A stretch of 64,000 nucleotides of DNA, from contig CAVYGB010000008.1 of NCBI GenBank assembly GCA_963767925.1, forward strand, positions 2,560,001 through 2,624,000, given 5' to 3'. Position 1 is the stretch's first letter, and every line of letters begins with the position of its first letter. Shown in pieces: positions 61,421 to 64,000 of the stretch. The translations under genes and the position numbers were made by a program. The notes below the pieces were generated by a model that was not told the DNA's origin, searched no databases, and worked only from the letters and a program-made list of their open reading frames with translations. This stretch comes from an uncultured delta proteobacterium (GTDB taxonomy: Bacteria > Myxococcota_A > Polyangia > Fen-1088).

Positions 61421-64000
61421 ATGACATCTGGTCGGCGCTTCGCACGTTATGTTTCACTGGCCCTCGCGGGCAGCCTGGCGAGCTGTGGCGGCGATTCGCC
61501 GCCGCCCGAAGAAGAGGATCCGCCGCCCTTCGGGGGCGTCGATCCCACCCTGAACTGCCCGGCGGGCCAGGTCGGCTGGGACTTCTCCACCGGCGGCGGG
61601 CGGGTGATCGAAGGTGCGCCCACCACGGGCCGCAAGTGCATCCCGTCGGTCTGCTCCGGTAAAACCCAGCGCGCCGCCGACATGACCTGCGTGGCCAATG
61701 ACCTCATCCCCGAGGTGACATTGCCGGCAGCGAAGATGGCCGACGGCCGCTTCTGGATGGAGCCGGCCTCCACCGACTACAACCAGAACTGGATCCGGAA
61801 GACGGGAGAGGGCGCGCGCCCCGACTACCGCGAGACCCTCGAGGTCTACGGCGGCGTCTGGGGCGGCTGGAAGGGGATGAAGATGTGCCCGGCCGGCTAC
61901 CACGGCAACGGGTACCGCATCCGGGTCGAGAACCCCATCGACGGCGACGACACCGCGATGAACGCCGTGCAGATCAACTGCGTGAACCCCCAGGGGCAGT
62001 CACAGGTGATCACCTCCCACGACGGCGTCTGGGGCGACTGGAAACAGTGGAACTACTGCACGGGCAGCAAATACCTCAACGGGGTCGACATGAAGTTCGA
62101 AGATCCCATCAGCGGCGACGACACCGCCGCCAACGACCTGGGCTTCTTCTGCGGCGACGACCGGATGGGGCTGCACGGCGGCGGCGGTGGCCCCTGGGGC
62201 AACTGGAAACCGCGGGCGTTCTGCGGCAAGGGTCGAACGATCTGCGGCGTGGAGAGCCGCTTCGAAGATCCCATCAACGGCGACGACACCGCCATGAACG
62301 GCCTCAAGATCGCCTGCTGTGACGCCCCCGGGACCGGAGCCACCGCCGCCAACAGCTTCCGGCCGCTCTACCAGGAGGTGCCCTATCGCCTCTCGGCCAA
62401 GGTGCCGGCGGCCGGCGCGGCCTTCAAGACCCGCCTGGCGCTCTGGGTGACGAAGTCCTTCGTCGACCGGCGCGTGAAGGCGGGCCAGAGCCCCGGCGAC
62501 AAGGTGCCGCCCGCGGAGGCCTTCGTGTGCACCTTGACCCACCTCGATGTGCAGAAGCTGGCCGCCGGCGAGGCCATCACCCAGGCGGCTTCCCGCGCCA
62601 TCGGCGAGATCATCTCCCCCGAGTGCGTCAAGGGGCTGGAGAACGCCAGGCTCGATCTCGAGCGCCGGCTGCAGGCCAGAAGGCTCCAGGCCGACCGGGA
62701 CGCCGACGCCGGTCGGATCACCTGGGAGCAGAGAAACACGATCAAGGAGGAGGTCTATCGCGGCATCTCCGAATACGTCGACGACGGCAGCCTCGTGCTG
62801 CACCTGTCGTTCGATCCGATGGGCGACACGTACATCCCGCCCACCACCGCCGCCGCCACTCTCCTGCGCTTCTCCACCGGGGGCAACGCCCCCAACCCGC
62901 CGGGCTTCTTTTACCAGCCCGAGTGGAGGTGGGTGGACATGATCACCTATTACCAGCAGCGCGAGATCCAGGTCCCCTGGATCGGCCCCAACGGGGAGAC
63001 CAGCGGCGCGCAGAGCTCGCTGCTGCACTCCGCCGCCGCCTCGGCCTTCGATCTGCCGACCAAGCTGCTGTTCGGGATCAAGGACTTCAAGCTGGAGAGC
63101 TCGGCCCTCAAGCTCAACCCCTTCGAGCCTTCCCCCCCGGCCGTCACCGTCGACATCGACTGGCTGGTCTACGGCGACATTCAAGCCAACCCCTACTCGG
63201 CTCGCCCCGGGGCCAAGCGCATCAACGACGTGAAGCCCCCCAGCGATCGCAACCTGCGGGCCACGGTCGAGTTCCGCCCGGCCGGCACCACCCTGGCCTG
63301 GAAGGCGATTGGCAAGGTGCCGCTCAACAAGGACGTTCCGGTGGCCACCGGCTCGGTCAAGAGCGCCACCTTCTTCCCGGACAAGACCCAGACCAAGGAC
63401 CTGTTCAGCCAGAGCTCGGGCGCCTGGCGCACCTCCTCGATGTTCGACGTGCGCGTCTGCCTGGACATCGACGGGCTCAACCCCCGGCCCGAGTCGAGCG
63501 GACCGCTCCGCCTGCCCTCGGTCTACGCCGACAGCTTCCTGTTCACGGCCGGCTTCGAGTCGAACGAGAAGGGCTGCGTCACCAAGCCGACCGCCCTGGC
63601 CATCACCCGCGACTTCCTGCTGCGCCCGATCCAGCCCCAGCGCGAGTCGGCCGACGTCGGCATGGTCGACACGACGAAGTCGGGCGGCGACGATGCCAGC
63701 GGCGCCACCGACAACGGCGGCGAGAAGCTGTGCATGGACACCGCCACCGGCCGCCGCTGCGAATCGGAGAGCAGCTCCTCGATGGGCGGCCAGGGTTTCT
63801 TCGGCCGCAGCTTTTACTCGACCGAGACCCGTTCCAGCCAGACCGAAAACACGAACGGCTCGGGCAGCGCCGGGGCGGCCACCAGCGCCGAGATGTTCGG
63901 CTTCCAGGTCATCGACATGGACGACGAGGACATGGAGCGGGGCTGGGCCAGCGAGGCGCAGCGTCCCCAGGACGCCTTCATGCTCACCATCGAGCCGAAC
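61421..64000 (+). CDS. Large lipoprotein with VMO-I (vitelline membrane outer layer protein I) beta-prism domain; runs off right edge
   Basis: Manual translation from ATG 61421 (AGGAG upstream): MTSGRRFARYVSLALAGSLASC lipobox; open for 860 codons to the edge; three G.WG.W..C..GDDTA.N...C repeats at about 61850-62320. Confidence 0.85.
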   Translation, partial: MTSGRRFARYVSLALAGSLASCGGDSPPPEEEDPPPFGGVDPTLNCPAGQVGWDFSTGGGRVIEGAPTTGRKCIPSVCSGKTQRAADMTCVANDLIPEVTLPAAKMADGRFWMEPASTDYNQNWIRKTGEGARPDYRETLEVYGGVWGGWKGMKMCPAGYHGNGYRIRVENPIDGDDTAMNAVQINCVNPQGQSQVITSHDGVWGDWKQWNYCTGSKYLNGVDMKFEDPISGDDTAANDLGFFCGDDRMGLHGGGGGPWGNWKPRAFCGKGRTICGVESRFEDPINGDDTAMNGLKIACCDAPGTGATAANSFRPLYQEVPYRLSAKVPAAGAAFKTRLALWVTKSFVDRRVKAGQSPGDKVPPAEAFVCTLTHLDVQKLAAGEAITQAASRAIGEIISPECVKGLENARLDLERRLQARRLQADRDADAGRITWEQRNTIKEEVYRGISEYVDDGSLVLHLSFDPMGDTYIPPTTAAATLLRFSTGGNAPNPPGFFYQPEWRWVDMITYYQQREIQVPWIGPNGETSGAQSSLLHSAAASAFDLPTKLLFGIKDFKLESSALKLNPFEPSPPAVTVDIDWLVYGDIQANPYSARPGAKRINDVKPPSDRNLRATVEFRPAGTTLAWKAIGKVPLNKDVPVATGSVKSATFFPDKTQTKDLFSQSSGAWRTSSMFDVRVCLDIDGLNPRPESSGPLRLPSVYADSFLFTAGFESNEKGCVTKPTALAITRDFLLRPIQPQRESADVGMVDTTKSGGDDASGATDNGGEKLCMDTATGRRCESESSSSMGGQGFFGRSFYSTETRSSQTENTNGSGSAGAATSAEMFGFQVIDMDDEDMERGWASEAQRPQDAFMLTIEPN

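Overview
Very GC-rich bacterial DNA, most likely from a myxobacterium (Myxococcota). This is inferred from an AgmX/PglI-type domain, a MYXO-CTERM-like tail, a Ser/Thr kinase-WD40 protein and many lipoproteins with Gly/Ser/Thr linkers. I read about 47 genes, mostly accessory, secreted or lipoprotein genes. They include two TonB-dependent receptors, a PAS hybrid kinase, an Slt-type lytic transglycosylase, a five-gene SWIM/DUF5691/MoxR-AAA/DUF5682/vWA operon, adk, an RNB ribonuclease, a short NB-ARC NTPase, a TetR with visible operators, a CotH-LTD protein and cytochrome-c-like lipoproteins. I found no tRNA, rRNA, CRISPR array or transposase. About seven genes carry single-base frameshifts, probably long-read errors. 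The most unusual signals are: (1) a divergent pair at the right end, a putative vitellogenin/LLTP-like beta-sheet plus HEAT protein and a large lipoprotein (missing from the ORF track) with a clear VMO-I beta-prism domain; (2) a tandem array of CTAG-bounded ~160-nt palindromic elements with different arms but a shared core (57843-58165+); (3) an (AAC)18 poly-Asn linker in a lipoprotein with a duplicated unknown domain; (4) an effector-like orphan preceded by a sigma-54 promoter motif. All family names come from motif recognition by eye; no database search was run.
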